DNA of 41,694 bases from Candidatus Thorarchaeota archaeon. Lineage in GTDB: Archaea > Asgardarchaeota > Thorarchaeia > Thorarchaeales > Thorarchaeaceae. The position numbers and the translations under genes are program-made. Of the stretch, positions 27,752 to 37,776 are shown one piece after another; the first letter of the stretch is position 1; each line of letters starts with the position of its first letter. Where the stretch lies: contig JAEORO010000015.1 of NCBI GenBank assembly GCA_016840855.1, positions 1 through 41,694 on the forward strand, read 5' to 3'. The notes beneath the pieces are model-generated. The model did no database searches. It saw only the letters and a list, made by a program, of their open reading frames with translations, and had not been told where the DNA came from.

Positions 27752-28906
27752 TTGATATCGTACATCTCACACCTGGAATGTCCGCAATGCAGAAGAAAGC
27801 ATTCACCTGAAACTATGGCGACATATTGTATTTGCGGATCTCCCCTCTTCGCCATATACAACCTAGATGGTGTACAAGATGCTCTTACAAATAGTGAGTT
27901 TCCCTCAGAAATGAATTCCATGTGGAGATATTCACAACTTCTGCCAGTGAAATCTCCTTCTTGTGTGATTAGTCTTGGTGAAGGATGGACACCTCTAATT
28001 CTATCAAGGCGGCTTGGAAAGCACATTGGTCTCCAGATGCTTCGTATTAAAGATGAAGCCCAAAATCCAACTGCAAGCTTCAAGGACAGAGGTCTCTCTG
28101 CAGCTGTTTCAAGGCATTTCGAACTGGGAGCAAAAGCCTTTGCCCTACCTTCAGCCGGAAATGCTGCAGTTTCTGCAAGTGCATATGCGGCAGCAGCAGG
28201 GCTAGAAGCACATATCTTCATGCCTGATGATACTCCAGAGCCATTCTTTCAGCAATGCGAACTTTTTGGCGCGAAAACAACCAGAGTGAAGGGAACCATA
28301 TCAGAAGCAAGTAAAGTCATGAACGAGCAAAACGGGAACTGGACTGATTTATCGACAACAAAAGAACCCTATCGCGTAGAGGGTAAGAAAACTCTTGGCT
28401 TTGAAATATGTGAACAACTAGGGTGGTCAGTACCGGATGCCATCATCTGTCCAACAGGTGGTGGTACTGCGATTATAGGTATTTGGAAAGCCTTTGATGA
28501 ACTTGAAGCGATTGGATTAATTGGTTCTGAGAGACCTAGAATGTACGCTGCGCAAAGTGGGGGATGTGCTCCTATAGTTCGAGCTATAGAGAAGGGGACT
28601 GATGATATTGAGCCATGGGTAAACGGTGAAACAGAGGCTTTTGGGCTGAGAGTGCCCAATCCATTTGCTGGTAGACTCATACTCAATGTAATAAGGAATT
28701 CAAAAGGAAGTGCAGTGGCTGTAGCTGACCAAGAAATTGGACCCGCTAGGAGGACTGCAGCAAAACTAGAGGGACTCGATTTTTGTCCCGAATCAGCTGT
28801 TGGTATATGCGGACTTTGGAACTTGATTGAGTCTGGTAAGATAGATTATGACGAAGATGTTGTTCTACTTAATACTGGAAGTGGAGCTAAATATACAAAC
28901 CAGTAG
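27752..28906 (+). CDS. thrC: Threonine synthase (PLP fold II) with N-terminal Zn ribbon
   Basis: SLGEGWTPL, NPTASFKDRG, SAGNA, YRVEGKKT, PTGGG, LNTGSG; likely TTG start at 27752. Confidence 0.9.
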   Translation: MISYISHLECPQCRRKHSPETMATYCICGSPLFAIYNLDGVQDALTNSEFPSEMNSMWRYSQLLPVKSPSCVISLGEGWTPLILSRRLGKHIGLQMLRIKDEAQNPTASFKDRGLSAAVSRHFELGAKAFALPSAGNAAVSASAYAAAAGLEAHIFMPDDTPEPFFQQCELFGAKTTRVKGTISEASKVMNEQNGNWTDLSTTKEPYRVEGKKTLGFEICEQLGWSVPDAIICPTGGGTAIIGIWKAFDELEAIGLIGSERPRMYAAQSGGCAPIVRAIEKGTDDIEPWVNGETEAFGLRVPNPFAGRLILNVIRNSKGSAVAVADQEIGPARRTAAKLEGLDFCPESAVGICGLWNLIESGKIDYDEDVVLLNTGSGAKYTNQ

Positions 28907-28977
28907 TAACCTGTGCGTAAAAAACCATTATTATTAATAATCGGGTTAGGAACATACTAGGATACTCAAGATGACTC

Positions 28978-30144
28978 ATGGAGGAAATTCAAATCGAAGA
29001 GTCTACTGACAATCAAGACCAGTACCATGGGGTAAAGGATTCACTTGTTGCAGGCAGAAAGGAGCTCGCCTTTTTCATCGGTCTTCTGATATTCTATTTC
29101 TATCTGAGATTTACAGGGATTGAACCAACACTCGTTGTCATTCTCGGATTAATTGGGGGTACTTGGCTTGCCTTTAGACCATCTGAATGGGCTGTTGAAG
29201 GGATGGAGAGCGCAGCTGGTCATCTCGGATATACAGCATATGTTGCGGGAATGCTGTCAAGTCTGGCAAGCAATATGCCTGAAGCAGTCATTAGTGGGAT
29301 AGCAGCTTTCGATGGTTGGAGAACTGGAAGTCAAGACTTACTTGACATTGCTGTTCTTTCAATTCTCATTGCTGCAGGATTCAATATGTTGCTTCTTGGA
29401 ATAACAATTATCATATCCACAAAAGGCAAAGACGACATGGCAGTTCCTGAGGAAGCCATTAAGAAAGATTCTGTATTAATAAGATGGACATTTGTTGCGT
29501 TATTGAGTATGTTTGCTCTTGGCATCTTGGATATGGTAGCTCCTGATGCTCCAGTAGATCCAAGATTTCCACCAGTTGCATCATTCGTGTTGTTCCTCTC
29601 ATATGTCATCTACGCAGCTGCATTGACTACTGGTGATGTCGTTAATGAGAAAGAAAAAGCCGAAGCAAGTCATTCTAAAAGATCTGCAGCAATTTTAGCT
29701 GTTATGGGTTTCATAGGCATCTTTTTTGCAGGCGAGATTCTCACACACTCCATTGAGATTCTTCTCTCAGACTATCATAGTGTCATTGGTCTCCTTGGTA
29801 ACCAAGTAGCAATTGCAGCATTAATCCTAGGTGCAGCTGGAGCACTACCTGAACATGGCATCGCATTGATTGCAGCAACAAAAGGCAAAGTCGGTCTTGC
29901 AGTGGGTAATCTTATTGGAGGGGTTCTACAGATTGTACTACTTGTCATGGGAGGAATAGGAATGTTTGTACCAATCCCCTTGGACAGATATGTTTTGTTT
30001 CAAATCATGGTTATTGCTGGAAGTCTATGGTTCCTGAAAAGAGCAATAACAGATGATCACAAGCTAGATTTCTTTGAAGGGGCAATGATCATTTTACTTC
30101 AAGCGTATGTCTTTGTCTTACTTATTGCAGGTACTCCGGTATGA
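28978..30144 (+). CDS. Ca2+/cation antiporter (CaCA superfamily)
   Basis: About 11 TM segments; alpha-repeats SLASNMPE and AAGALPEH...AVGNLIG. Confidence 0.85.
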   Translation: MEEIQIEESTDNQDQYHGVKDSLVAGRKELAFFIGLLIFYFYLRFTGIEPTLVVILGLIGGTWLAFRPSEWAVEGMESAAGHLGYTAYVAGMLSSLASNMPEAVISGIAAFDGWRTGSQDLLDIAVLSILIAAGFNMLLLGITIIISTKGKDDMAVPEEAIKKDSVLIRWTFVALLSMFALGILDMVAPDAPVDPRFPPVASFVLFLSYVIYAAALTTGDVVNEKEKAEASHSKRSAAILAVMGFIGIFFAGEILTHSIEILLSDYHSVIGLLGNQVAIAALILGAAGALPEHGIALIAATKGKVGLAVGNLIGGVLQIVLLVMGGIGMFVPIPLDRYVLFQIMVIAGSLWFLKRAITDDHKLDFFEGAMIILLQAYVFVLLIAGTPV

Positions 30145-30769
30145 AATAAGGTAGAATAACTCGAAGGTCATTTTCTCTAATGACAACATTAGCAGCATCA
30201 GCTACATCTTGGTCTTCAGGATTATAAGCAATTGAGAGGCCTACAACACTGAACACACTAACGTCATTGCGGCCATCTCCTACAAACGCAGTCCTCTCCA
30301 ATGGAATTTGGAAATGTTCACATATCTGAGAAATCACATCGGATTTATTGCCCCACGCTACTTGGTTTTTAACAGCCCCTGTAAGAATGCCATCTTGATG
30401 GTGGAGTATGTTAGTAAGAACATAATCTATACCCACCCTTCGACCAATGTCATCAGCCATGATATCTAGACCACCTGAAAGTATTGCAGTCTTCAAGCCA
30501 TGTTTTTTTAAAATTGAGATTGCTTCTTCTGCACCAGGTGAGAGTTGTGTCGAATGAACAACTTTCATGACTTCTGAGAGTGCTTTTCCCTTCCACAAAC
30601 TAGCATCAAGTTCAGCCCATTGATCATAAGTGATTTCACCAGCAAAATACTTGTCATAGTAAAGCTTTCCTTCTTCTGTTGTACCAAAGTGCTCATGAAG
30701 CCTCCACCAAACACTACTGTGTTTTGTAAGAGTCCCATCCACGTCAAAGACGACTAATTGTATTTTCAA
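30122..30769 (-). CDS. HAD-IB phosphatase, phosphoserine phosphatase-like
   Basis: FDVDGTLT, ILSGG, K, VGDGRND. Confidence 0.88.
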   Translation of the reverse strand: MKIQLVVFDVDGTLTKHSSVWWRLHEHFGTTEEGKLYYDKYFAGEITYDQWAELDASLWKGKALSEVMKVVHSTQLSPGAEEAISILKKHGLKTAILSGGLDIMADDIGRRVGIDYVLTNILHHQDGILTGAVKNQVAWGNKSDVISQICEHFQIPLERTAFVGDGRNDVSVFSVVGLSIAYNPEDQDVADAANVVIRENDLRVILPYFIPEYLQ

Positions 30770-30808
30770 TCTGAACTACTCCTGAAAATCTGTAGAATGA
30801 GATGGGTC

Positions 30809-31474
30809 CTAACTCTCTTTTTCTCTCGCTCTCTCTTCACGTGCTTCTTTTTCAAGATCTGCTAGTAACTCATCAATACGTTTCTCATCTGAAGCTTCAC
30901 CTTTACTAGTCTTTGAAGGCATAGCACTTTCAGTTTCAAGAGGGGGGAGGACACCTTCTTTCTCAAGCAATACTTCCGCTTCCATTGCTTCCAACTGTCT
31001 GTCTATTCTCTCCTCATCTTCAATAGTCGAATCTGCTCCAGACAGATCCTCAGAGAGTAACTCACCAGCAATGGAGATATGTTCAAAGGATTCGGACAGC
31101 TTATCTAACTGAGTCTGAATTTCTTCTGGTCGTAGCATTGACCGTGCCTCAGTCAGAGCATCGTTTGCTATAGTAAAGGCTCGTAGAACTTCAGCTTGGG
31201 TTTTAGCTTCTTCCAAGTTTAGTAATGCAGTTTCCAATGTAAGAAACTGCTGCTGATAACGAGACTTTCGATTTTCAAGATCCACAACAATTGTAAGATG
31301 AGACCTTGCCATTGAGCGATTACCCTGAGCCATAGCTTCCTTTGCAGACTTTTGTTCCTCTATCATTCTAGTTTCAAGTCTGCGCATCCTCAAGGTCAGA
31401 GCGTTCATTGTGCCCTTCATCTCAAGGATTCCTCGTTCTGCATCTACTTTTTTCTTACCACTAAGAAAGCCCAT
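30809..31474 (-). CDS. ESCRT-III Snf7-family protein (Vps20/32/60-like)
   Basis: MGFLSGKKK start, helical hairpin AKEAMAQGNRSMARSHL...LETALLNLEEAKTQAEVLRAF, acidic tail with LPPL and IDELLADLE. Confidence 0.85.
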   Translation of the reverse strand: MGFLSGKKKVDAERGILEMKGTMNALTLRMRRLETRMIEEQKSAKEAMAQGNRSMARSHLTIVVDLENRKSRYQQQFLTLETALLNLEEAKTQAEVLRAFTIANDALTEARSMLRPEEIQTQLDKLSESFEHISIAGELLSEDLSGADSTIEDEERIDRQLEAMEAEVLLEKEGVLPPLETESAMPSKTSKGEASDEKRIDELLADLEKEAREERAREKES

Positions 31475-31539
31475 TTGTTCCACCAAGTTTGCCTTACGAT
31501 TCTATCTCCTTACTTGACGCATTTAAGGTATTGTAATCA

Positions 31540-31559
31540 CTACCCAACAAGTGATATAG
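31540..31559 (+). promoter_or_regulatory. 20-bp upstream element, copy 1 (CTACCCAACAAGTGATATAG)
   Basis: Identical to 32411-32430; ends about 31 nt before the ATG, at the expected BRE/TATA position. Confidence 0.7.
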
Positions 31560-31590
31560 TGATTCCAAATAGCACGAGATTGGTTGTATA

Positions 31591-32403
31591 ATGACAATAC
31601 TCAGGATAGTCCAAGATGCAATAGCAGCGGCTAAGACAGTCATCATTGAGAATCTTGACAAAGCAGCACAAAGAACAGGTGATATGAATCCATTTGGTGA
31701 ACAGACTCTTCTTCTTGATAGAAAAGCGGAGGACACAATTATCGAAGTCTTTTCTGGTTCTAGTACTGATTTTGATATTTTGACTGAGGAAAAAGGTTTC
31801 ATTAAGATTAGAAAAAAACCAGAATACCTAGCAATTATTGACCCAATTGATGGATCAATTAACTTGGAAAGAGGAATCCCGCTTTCTTCTATTGGTGTTT
31901 CAGTAGTCCCCTACAAAGATGCCATGACATCAGATGATATTGAAATTAGCATGATAGATTCACTGTTTACAAATGAAACTTTCACAGCAATTACAGGAAA
32001 AGGCGTGACTAGAAATGGTATTCGAATTCGTCCATCAGCTACTGTTAAACTCCAAGATGCGATAATCTCATGCAACACAAAAAAGACTTGGGACCAAGAC
32101 TATTTGAAGCGGACGATGAGTACTATTAGTGCAGTTCAGGATTTGAGAAGAACTGCGAGTCCACTTTTAGACCTCTGCTGGACAGCTGCAGGATTCATTG
32201 ATGGAATGGTGGACCTAAGAGATATGCTCCCAATAATTCATCTCTGTGGCACACATATGGTTTTTGAAGCTGGTGGTTTTGTATTCGATAAGAATGACAA
32301 TCGATTTTGTGAACCAATAGAACCAAACAAGATGATGAATTTCGTGGCTGCATCCAATGAAGCATTAGCTAGACAAATCTTAGCTAAATTCAAGGGTGAC
32401 TAG
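31591..32403 (+). CDS. Inositol monophosphatase / FBPase class IV family protein, paralog 1
   Basis: DRKAE, ILTEE, IDPIDGS, EAGG. Confidence 0.88.
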   Translation: MTILRIVQDAIAAAKTVIIENLDKAAQRTGDMNPFGEQTLLLDRKAEDTIIEVFSGSSTDFDILTEEKGFIKIRKKPEYLAIIDPIDGSINLERGIPLSSIGVSVVPYKDAMTSDDIEISMIDSLFTNETFTAITGKGVTRNGIRIRPSATVKLQDAIISCNTKKTWDQDYLKRTMSTISAVQDLRRTASPLLDLCWTAAGFIDGMVDLRDMLPIIHLCGTHMVFEAGGFVFDKNDNRFCEPIEPNKMMNFVAASNEALARQILAKFKGD

Positions 32404-32410
32404 TTAAACC

Positions 32411-32430
32411 CTACCCAACAAGTGATATAG
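32411..32430 (+). promoter_or_regulatory. 20-bp upstream element, copy 2
   Basis: Identical to 31540-31559; ends 30 nt before the ATG. Confidence 0.7.
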
Positions 32431-32460
32431 AGCCATCAAATACAAACAATATGATGGCAG

Positions 32461-33273
32461 ATGACTCTTCATAGGACCATTCAGGATGCGGTTCAAGGTG
32501 CAAAGCAGGAAATAATTGAGAATCTTGACATTGCTAGAGAACTCACAGGTAAACTAAATCCCTACGGAGACAAAACTCTCACGCTAGATGCTAAAGCGGA
32601 GGATGCCATAATCGATGTACTCACTAGTTCTGGAACTTCTTTTCAGATTCTGACAGAAGAGAGTGGATTCATCAAGAGCGAGCGCAAGCCCGAGTATCTT
32701 GCGCTGATTGATCCAATTGATGGGTCAGCCAATCTCGAACGAGGAATTCCTTTGGTTTCAATTGGCATATCAGTGGTTCCTTTCAATGACCTCATGACAT
32801 CTGACGATGCTGAAATCAGTGTCATTGAATCAGTTTTTACAGATGAAACATATATTGCAGTCACAGATAGAGGTGTGACAAGAAACGGTTTAACCGTTAA
32901 GACATCAGCTCCAATCGATGTCAATAATGCAATAATATCGTATGATACAAAGAAGACTTGGGATATGGATTTCATGAAAAGGTCACTGAGAGCTATTGGT
33001 TCAGTTCATGATATTAGAAGAACTGCAAGTAATCTTCTTGACCTCTGTTGGACAGCAGCTGGTTTCATTGATGGAATGGTAGACCTCAGGAATATGCTGC
33101 CTATCATTCATCTTTGTGGAACACACATGGTATTTACAGCTGGAGGTTTTGTATTGGACGTAAACGGAACTCGCTTTTCAGCTGTCCTTGAACCGAAAAC
33201 TATGATGAATTTTGTTGCAGCATCCAACGAAACACTTGCTCGCCAAATCTTAGATAAATTCAAAGAAAGCTAA
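32461..33273 (+). CDS. Inositol monophosphatase / FBPase class IV family protein, paralog 2
   Basis: Same length (270 aa) and collinear with paralog 1; IDPIDGS. Confidence 0.88.
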   Translation: MTLHRTIQDAVQGAKQEIIENLDIARELTGKLNPYGDKTLTLDAKAEDAIIDVLTSSGTSFQILTEESGFIKSERKPEYLALIDPIDGSANLERGIPLVSIGISVVPFNDLMTSDDAEISVIESVFTDETYIAVTDRGVTRNGLTVKTSAPIDVNNAIISYDTKKTWDMDFMKRSLRAIGSVHDIRRTASNLLDLCWTAAGFIDGMVDLRNMLPIIHLCGTHMVFTAGGFVLDVNGTRFSAVLEPKTMMNFVAASNETLARQILDKFKES

Positions 33274-33326
33274 CATTTCAGACATATGCGATATTTTATT
33301 AGAATCTCACAGGCGCGGCTGCTTGG

Positions 33327-34139
33327 ATGACAATGTCGAAAATTCAAGTACCACCTGAAATTGTTGAGAATATGAAAGACATCAAACATAAAATCGTCGT
33401 TCTTTCAGGTAAAGGTGGTGTTGGAAAGACAACCGTCGCCACCAATTTAGCAGTATCATTTGCTAAACAAGGAAAATCCACTGGCATTGTGGACGTAGAT
33501 ATCTATGGTCCAAATGTGCCTAAACTTCTTGGACTAGAAGGACTACATCCTACCGGAGATGGAGAATTCATCGAACCAATAGTAGGTCCTGAAGGAGTAA
33601 AGGTCATGAGCATGGGATTCCTTCTGAGAAAGGACGATGATGCAGTTGCATGGCGAGGACCATTAGTAGCTAGGGCAATTAGTCAATTTCTTGCTAATGT
33701 TAGATGGGGAGAGCTAGACATGCTTGTTGTTGACCTCCCACCTGGAACAGGCGATGAGATACTTAGTATATTGCAATCAATTCCTAAAATTGATGGGGTT
33801 GTCATCGTTTCAACACCTCAAGAAGTAGCTGTACTTGATGCACGAAGAGCAATCCAATTGGTTAGGAAAATGAATGTGCCGGTTCTTGGAATCATAGAGA
33901 ACATGTCCGAATTTGTATGTCCAAAATGTGGTGAGTCATATAAGATATTTGGAGAAGGTGCTGCGAAGAGAGCAACAGAAGAGTATGGTGTTGACCACCT
34001 TGGGAAATTACCCCTTGACCCCCGAATCATCACGCTTAGTGATGAAGGGACTCCTTTTGTTATGCAGGAACCAGATTCAAAAGCTGCTCATGCTTTTTCT
34101 GTACTTGTTGATAAACTAGCCACAAAGATTCAGATGTAA
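33327..34139 (+). CDS. mrp: Mrp/NBP35 (ApbC) Fe-S cluster carrier ATPase
   Basis: SGKGGVGKT, DVDIYGPNVP, WRGP, DLPPGTGD, ENMS, CPKC. Confidence 0.95.
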   Translation: MTMSKIQVPPEIVENMKDIKHKIVVLSGKGGVGKTTVATNLAVSFAKQGKSTGIVDVDIYGPNVPKLLGLEGLHPTGDGEFIEPIVGPEGVKVMSMGFLLRKDDDAVAWRGPLVARAISQFLANVRWGELDMLVVDLPPGTGDEILSILQSIPKIDGVVIVSTPQEVAVLDARRAIQLVRKMNVPVLGIIENMSEFVCPKCGESYKIFGEGAAKRATEEYGVDHLGKLPLDPRIITLSDEGTPFVMQEPDSKAAHAFSVLVDKLATKIQM

Positions 34140-34167
34140 TAGTCATTCAAATTAGAAAAGGGACAGA

Positions 34168-34659
34168 TTATTCTTCTTCAACAATATCATCACCGATGTC
34201 TTCGAAAGGTTCTTCATCTGATTCAGATTCAGTAACTTCTTCGACTTCTTGATCTTCGGCCTCTTCTCTATCCTCTACTACTTCCTCTCGCTCTTCAGTA
34301 TCCAGCTCCTCGACTTCTTCCTCATCAGCATCCTCTAATTGAGGTTCCTGATCTACGACTTCAGTAGTGATGCCTGGTTTCAATCTGAGGATAAACACAT
34401 AGCCAAGAACGAAGCTGACTAGACCAAGCAGAATTGTTAACCATATAGCACCATCCAGACCAAACCATCTGACAGGATCAAGAGCAAGTTGAGTCCTTGG
34501 CCGGCCTAAAAGAAATGCCTGCAACCACATCGGAACTACAAACCCTAATGGAATACAGATTATCACTAGAAGAATGATGGATAATATGATCTCTGCGGTA
34601 TATTTGAGAATTCTTCTTATTGTGCTGTCAACAGCTTTCTTTGCCACAGACAATTTCAC
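34168..34659 (-). CDS. Two-TM membrane protein with acidic C-terminal tail
   Basis: Two hydrophobic stretches then E/D-rich tail. Confidence 0.7.
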   Translation of the reverse strand: MKLSVAKKAVDSTIRRILKYTAEIILSIILLVIICIPLGFVVPMWLQAFLLGRPRTQLALDPVRWFGLDGAIWLTILLGLVSFVLGYVFILRLKPGITTEVVDQEPQLEDADEEEVEELDTEEREEVVEDREEAEDQEVEEVTESESDEEPFEDIGDDIVEEE

Positions 34660-34773
34660 TCGCCTTGCCTTGGCACTCTACGAACTCCATTAAAACCTTC
34701 TGGCTGAGAAACAGTTGCACCAAAAAACGAAGACCTTAATGGTGTTCAATATCTGTTAATTTGAGGAACACTT

Positions 34774-35262
34774 GTGACTGACAAGTACTGCCTTAGATGT
34801 GGGAGCACAAAACTTCAACCTGGTGTCATTTACGACCATTTTCAAGTTTCTAAAAACCCATTAATGGTTTATTGGAAATCCGACTCTATATTCGGTGGAG
34901 ATGCAGTCATACTTAATGCGATTGTCTGTATGTCATGTGGTCATACAGAGTTGGTTGCTGATCTCGGCATATACGCCCCATCAACACGATATGAATGTCC
35001 ACAATGTAAGGCGGTCTATGCTTATTATGAGGAGGATGAAATTTCTCCAAATGTTGTCAAGTGTCAAAATTGCAATAAAACCTTCAATATACCTACACCA
35101 AGGAAGTGTCCCTTGTGCGAAGCAGTGTATCGCTATAGTCAGGAAAAAATCAAAGAAGGTGCAATTATTTGTCAGAATTGCGGGAATCTTTTCTTAATAC
35201 AAGACTCAGGAGAGTCTGATCAACTAATTGATGATATCGAAGCTGGCTTGAAAGAAGAATAA
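34774..35262 (+). CDS. Multi zinc-ribbon protein (six CxxC motifs)
   Basis: CLRC/CMSC, CPQC/CQNC, CPLC/CQNC; last two ribbons are an internal repeat; GAGGA SD. Confidence 0.75.
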   Translation: MTDKYCLRCGSTKLQPGVIYDHFQVSKNPLMVYWKSDSIFGGDAVILNAIVCMSCGHTELVADLGIYAPSTRYECPQCKAVYAYYEEDEISPNVVKCQNCNKTFNIPTPRKCPLCEAVYRYSQEKIKEGAIICQNCGNLFLIQDSGESDQLIDDIEAGLKEE

Positions 35263-35380
35263 AGAGAGGAGGAGGGGGCCCGTGAAAACGAGCGAGTAGT
35301 TCGCCAGTCGGGTCGGACGTTTTTTGAGAGAGGGAGGGAGTGACAGTATTCATGATGGTCGCGATTCGGACCCCCTGTCC
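35262..35380 (-). ncRNA. Candidate small RNA copy A (GC clamp stem, CU-rich loop)
   Basis: AGGGGGUCCG / CGGGCCCCCU terminal stem; CTTATATG box about 22 nt upstream; pyrimidine tail. Confidence 0.5.
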
Positions 35381-35474
35381 AAAATATAATATGAATTATT
35401 AGCATATAAGGGTTATTCATATCCTGTTAGGGGTCTGAGGTGGAGAATTTTTCAACCATTGAACAGTTTGCGTT

Positions 35475-36431
35475 TCATGCTAACTTCTTTAGATCGATCT
35501 CAACTGCACTCAATTCTTTGTTCTTAATCTTATATTCCAAGGAGGTCAAGTTTCTCATCAGGGATTTCTCATAAACAACATAAACAACAGAAATGGGACC
35601 TAAAGCGAGTATTGGCGAAACAATTACTGCAGCCACAGGAATGAGGAAGATAAGCATAGTAAAACCACCAGGGGGAGGAGATGTCAGCATAAACTGGTAC
35701 CATTCAACGGTCTGGAAGATTGTAAAAACGTAGGCGACAACCGTTGAAATTCCAGCAAAACCTTTCAACATTTTAAGATACCAATTTCCCACGCCTTCAA
35801 TATCTGCGGTCGTCCTTGGTCTAGTTTTGAACTCACAGACTAGTCCTTTGTCTTGCATAAGCCACATAGGAGTAAATAGCAATACGATGAAACAAGAGAG
35901 TAGTAGAAGTATAAACAAAATAGCTAGACTGGTGACGATTGTTTCAGCCTCAGAAGCTATTTCACCGAAACTCTCGGACACAAAGATAGCATTTGCGAAA
36001 CTCCTGATATTTGAGATTGAATAGGAGATGCCAAGAGCAGCGAAAGCAGGCAGAATCATTCGTTTTGGTTGAGGAACAGAGATTTCGCGTTTATCAAAAT
36101 CCTGAATGTAGTAATTGTAGTTATTGTTTGTAAGATAACGGTGTAGCTTCCACAAGAACATGGATAATGATGGTGAAGCCACATAAACCAAGATTCCAAT
36201 CAATAATGAGAGAACATAAAGCCAAATGAAATCAAACAGAATGTTTCCGGGCAAAATCCGATATATACCAAGATTGGTATCAAATGGGAAGGCACCCATG
36301 AAGGTGAATACAACTGTCACAAATATTGTGATGAACACCAGTATTTGTATAGGAATCACAACTCTCCAGGAAACCTTTGGTCGTATTTCATCAACTGTGG
36401 ATAGAGTGCCATTGTTAGTCAGTAGATTCAA
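35475..36431 (-). CDS. Polytopic membrane protein of unknown function
   Basis: About 6 hydrophobic segments in 318 aa. Confidence 0.75.
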   Translation of the reverse strand: MNLLTNNGTLSTVDEIRPKVSWRVVIPIQILVFITIFVTVVFTFMGAFPFDTNLGIYRILPGNILFDFIWLYVLSLLIGILVYVASPSLSMFLWKLHRYLTNNNYNYYIQDFDKREISVPQPKRMILPAFAALGISYSISNIRSFANAIFVSESFGEIASEAETIVTSLAILFILLLLSCFIVLLFTPMWLMQDKGLVCEFKTRPRTTADIEGVGNWYLKMLKGFAGISTVVAYVFTIFQTVEWYQFMLTSPPPGGFTMLIFLIPVAAVIVSPILALGPISVVYVVYEKSLMRNLTSLEYKIKNKELSAVEIDLKKLA

Positions 36432-36657
36432 CTCCTATGTTATTCTACGCGAAGGTACTGGTAGAATTTATGCTCATCTCGTATAGGTTTACTAGTGGAC
36501 GGTTCCATTAACTAATTCCTCCATTATCTCTTGAGATCCTTATCCTAACATAGTAAATGGTACTTTTCTTGCTAGTTTGTCAGCAATCTACGGCTGCGAA
36601 AGATTACACGGACCATAAATTCGAGATATCGAAAAATCATGAAGTCATGATTAAGGG

Positions 36658-36738
36658 AAAAATGAGGAGGGAGAGAAGGGGGCCGTAGAGAACATGGAAG
36701 GAGGAGAGAACTTCTGAGAGAGAAAGGCCCCCTGGCCC
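36658..36738 (-). ncRNA. Candidate small RNA copy B
   Basis: AGGGGGCC / GGCCCCCU stem; loop with UUCUCUCCUCC; TTAAATATA box about 21 nt upstream; U-tract at 3' end. Confidence 0.5.
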
Positions 36739-36936
36739 TATTGATATTAATGTTTAGAATATATTTAAGCAAATGTAAGATTGTGGAGATTTTTACTATA
36801 AATTTTCGTCAGTTTGGCACTTTATCATCAGTGAAAATGTACGACTCAATTGTCTGAACAATGATATTCGGGAATGAATAGCAACCCCAGTTACATTGAG
36901 CTAAGAATTTTAAATCAGGAAGACTCGGGATAAGAC

Positions 36937-37266
36937 ATGTCAGGATTACAGATAGAAGACATTGTTGTGGGTTCCGGAAGTTCACCCAAGCAAGGACAAA
37001 CAGTTGTTGTCCATTACACTGGATGGCTGACGGATGGAAAGAAATTCGATAGTTCCGTTGATCGAGGACAACCTTTCGAGTTCAAGATTGGTATTGGTCA
37101 AGTCATCGAGGGATGGGATCAAGGTGTTTTAACCATGAAGGTAGGAGGCAAACGAAAATTGGTCATTCCTCCTGAACTCGCCTATGGAAACCGTGACGTG
37201 GGTGATGGGCTAATCCCTGCAAATTCTACACTTGTATTTGAGGTTGAACTACTGAAGCTAAAATGA
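36937..37266 (+). CDS. FKBP-type peptidyl-prolyl isomerase (short, FKBP12-like)
   Basis: VHYTGWL, KFDSS, QVIEGWDQG, IPPELAYG, IPANSTLVFEVELL. Confidence 0.96.
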   Translation: MSGLQIEDIVVGSGSSPKQGQTVVVHYTGWLTDGKKFDSSVDRGQPFEFKIGIGQVIEGWDQGVLTMKVGGKRKLVIPPELAYGNRDVGDGLIPANSTLVFEVELLKLK

Positions 37267-37335
37267 ATATTATTTGTCAGCAGACAAAAGACCCTATATT
37301 TTTTCAAATAAAAAATCCATCAAGAGGCTTGAATT

Positions 37336-37686
37336 TTGCGAACCCTAGCATTCGACGGTCAGTATACAAATAAAGTGATTAATTATCTATCTCATAATTA
37401 TGCAGCAGTAACAAGGAAAGTGCTTAACACCGACCAAGGAGTGATGGCAATCTTCATCCATGAAGAGTATGTCTTCAGGACTGGTTCATATCAGACCCTT
37501 ACATCTATTGTCGAGGCGAGTGGGAAATTTGGCCGTGCAACATTGACCGTTATTGGGAGTGGAGGTGGCGGAGGAATCTGCAATTTTAATTGGGGCTCTC
37601 ACTCTGCAGGCGAGGATACAGTAATCAGGAATGTTGAGAATCTAATTAACCATGAAACAAGAATGTACGCTGGAGATAGCTGGTAG
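37336..37686 (+). CDS. Hypothetical protein, DUF6054-like
   Basis: EEYVFRTGS..TLT...VIGSGGGGG...WG pattern; TTG start with GAGG SD. Confidence 0.6.
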   Translation: MRTLAFDGQYTNKVINYLSHNYAAVTRKVLNTDQGVMAIFIHEEYVFRTGSYQTLTSIVEASGKFGRATLTVIGSGGGGGICNFNWGSHSAGEDTVIRNVENLINHETRMYAGDSW

Positions 37687-37776
37687 ACTTGTAATGTCTT
37701 GCATTTTCAGTTAATATTCAAAGCAGAGGTGGAACACCCTCAGATATTTTACTTTCCAAAATGGAACGAGAATTTC

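Noticed and set aside
25624-28221. Long antisense ORFs (for example 25624-26154 and 27679-28221) and similar ones elsewhere
   Set aside because: Lie almost entirely opposite well-supported genes and have no motifs
35165-35420. Short Pro/Ser-rich ORFs over the RNA candidates (also 36572-36772 and 37699-37893)
   Set aside because: Not homologous to each other at protein level and on inconsistent strands; better explained as by-products of CU/GA-rich sequence
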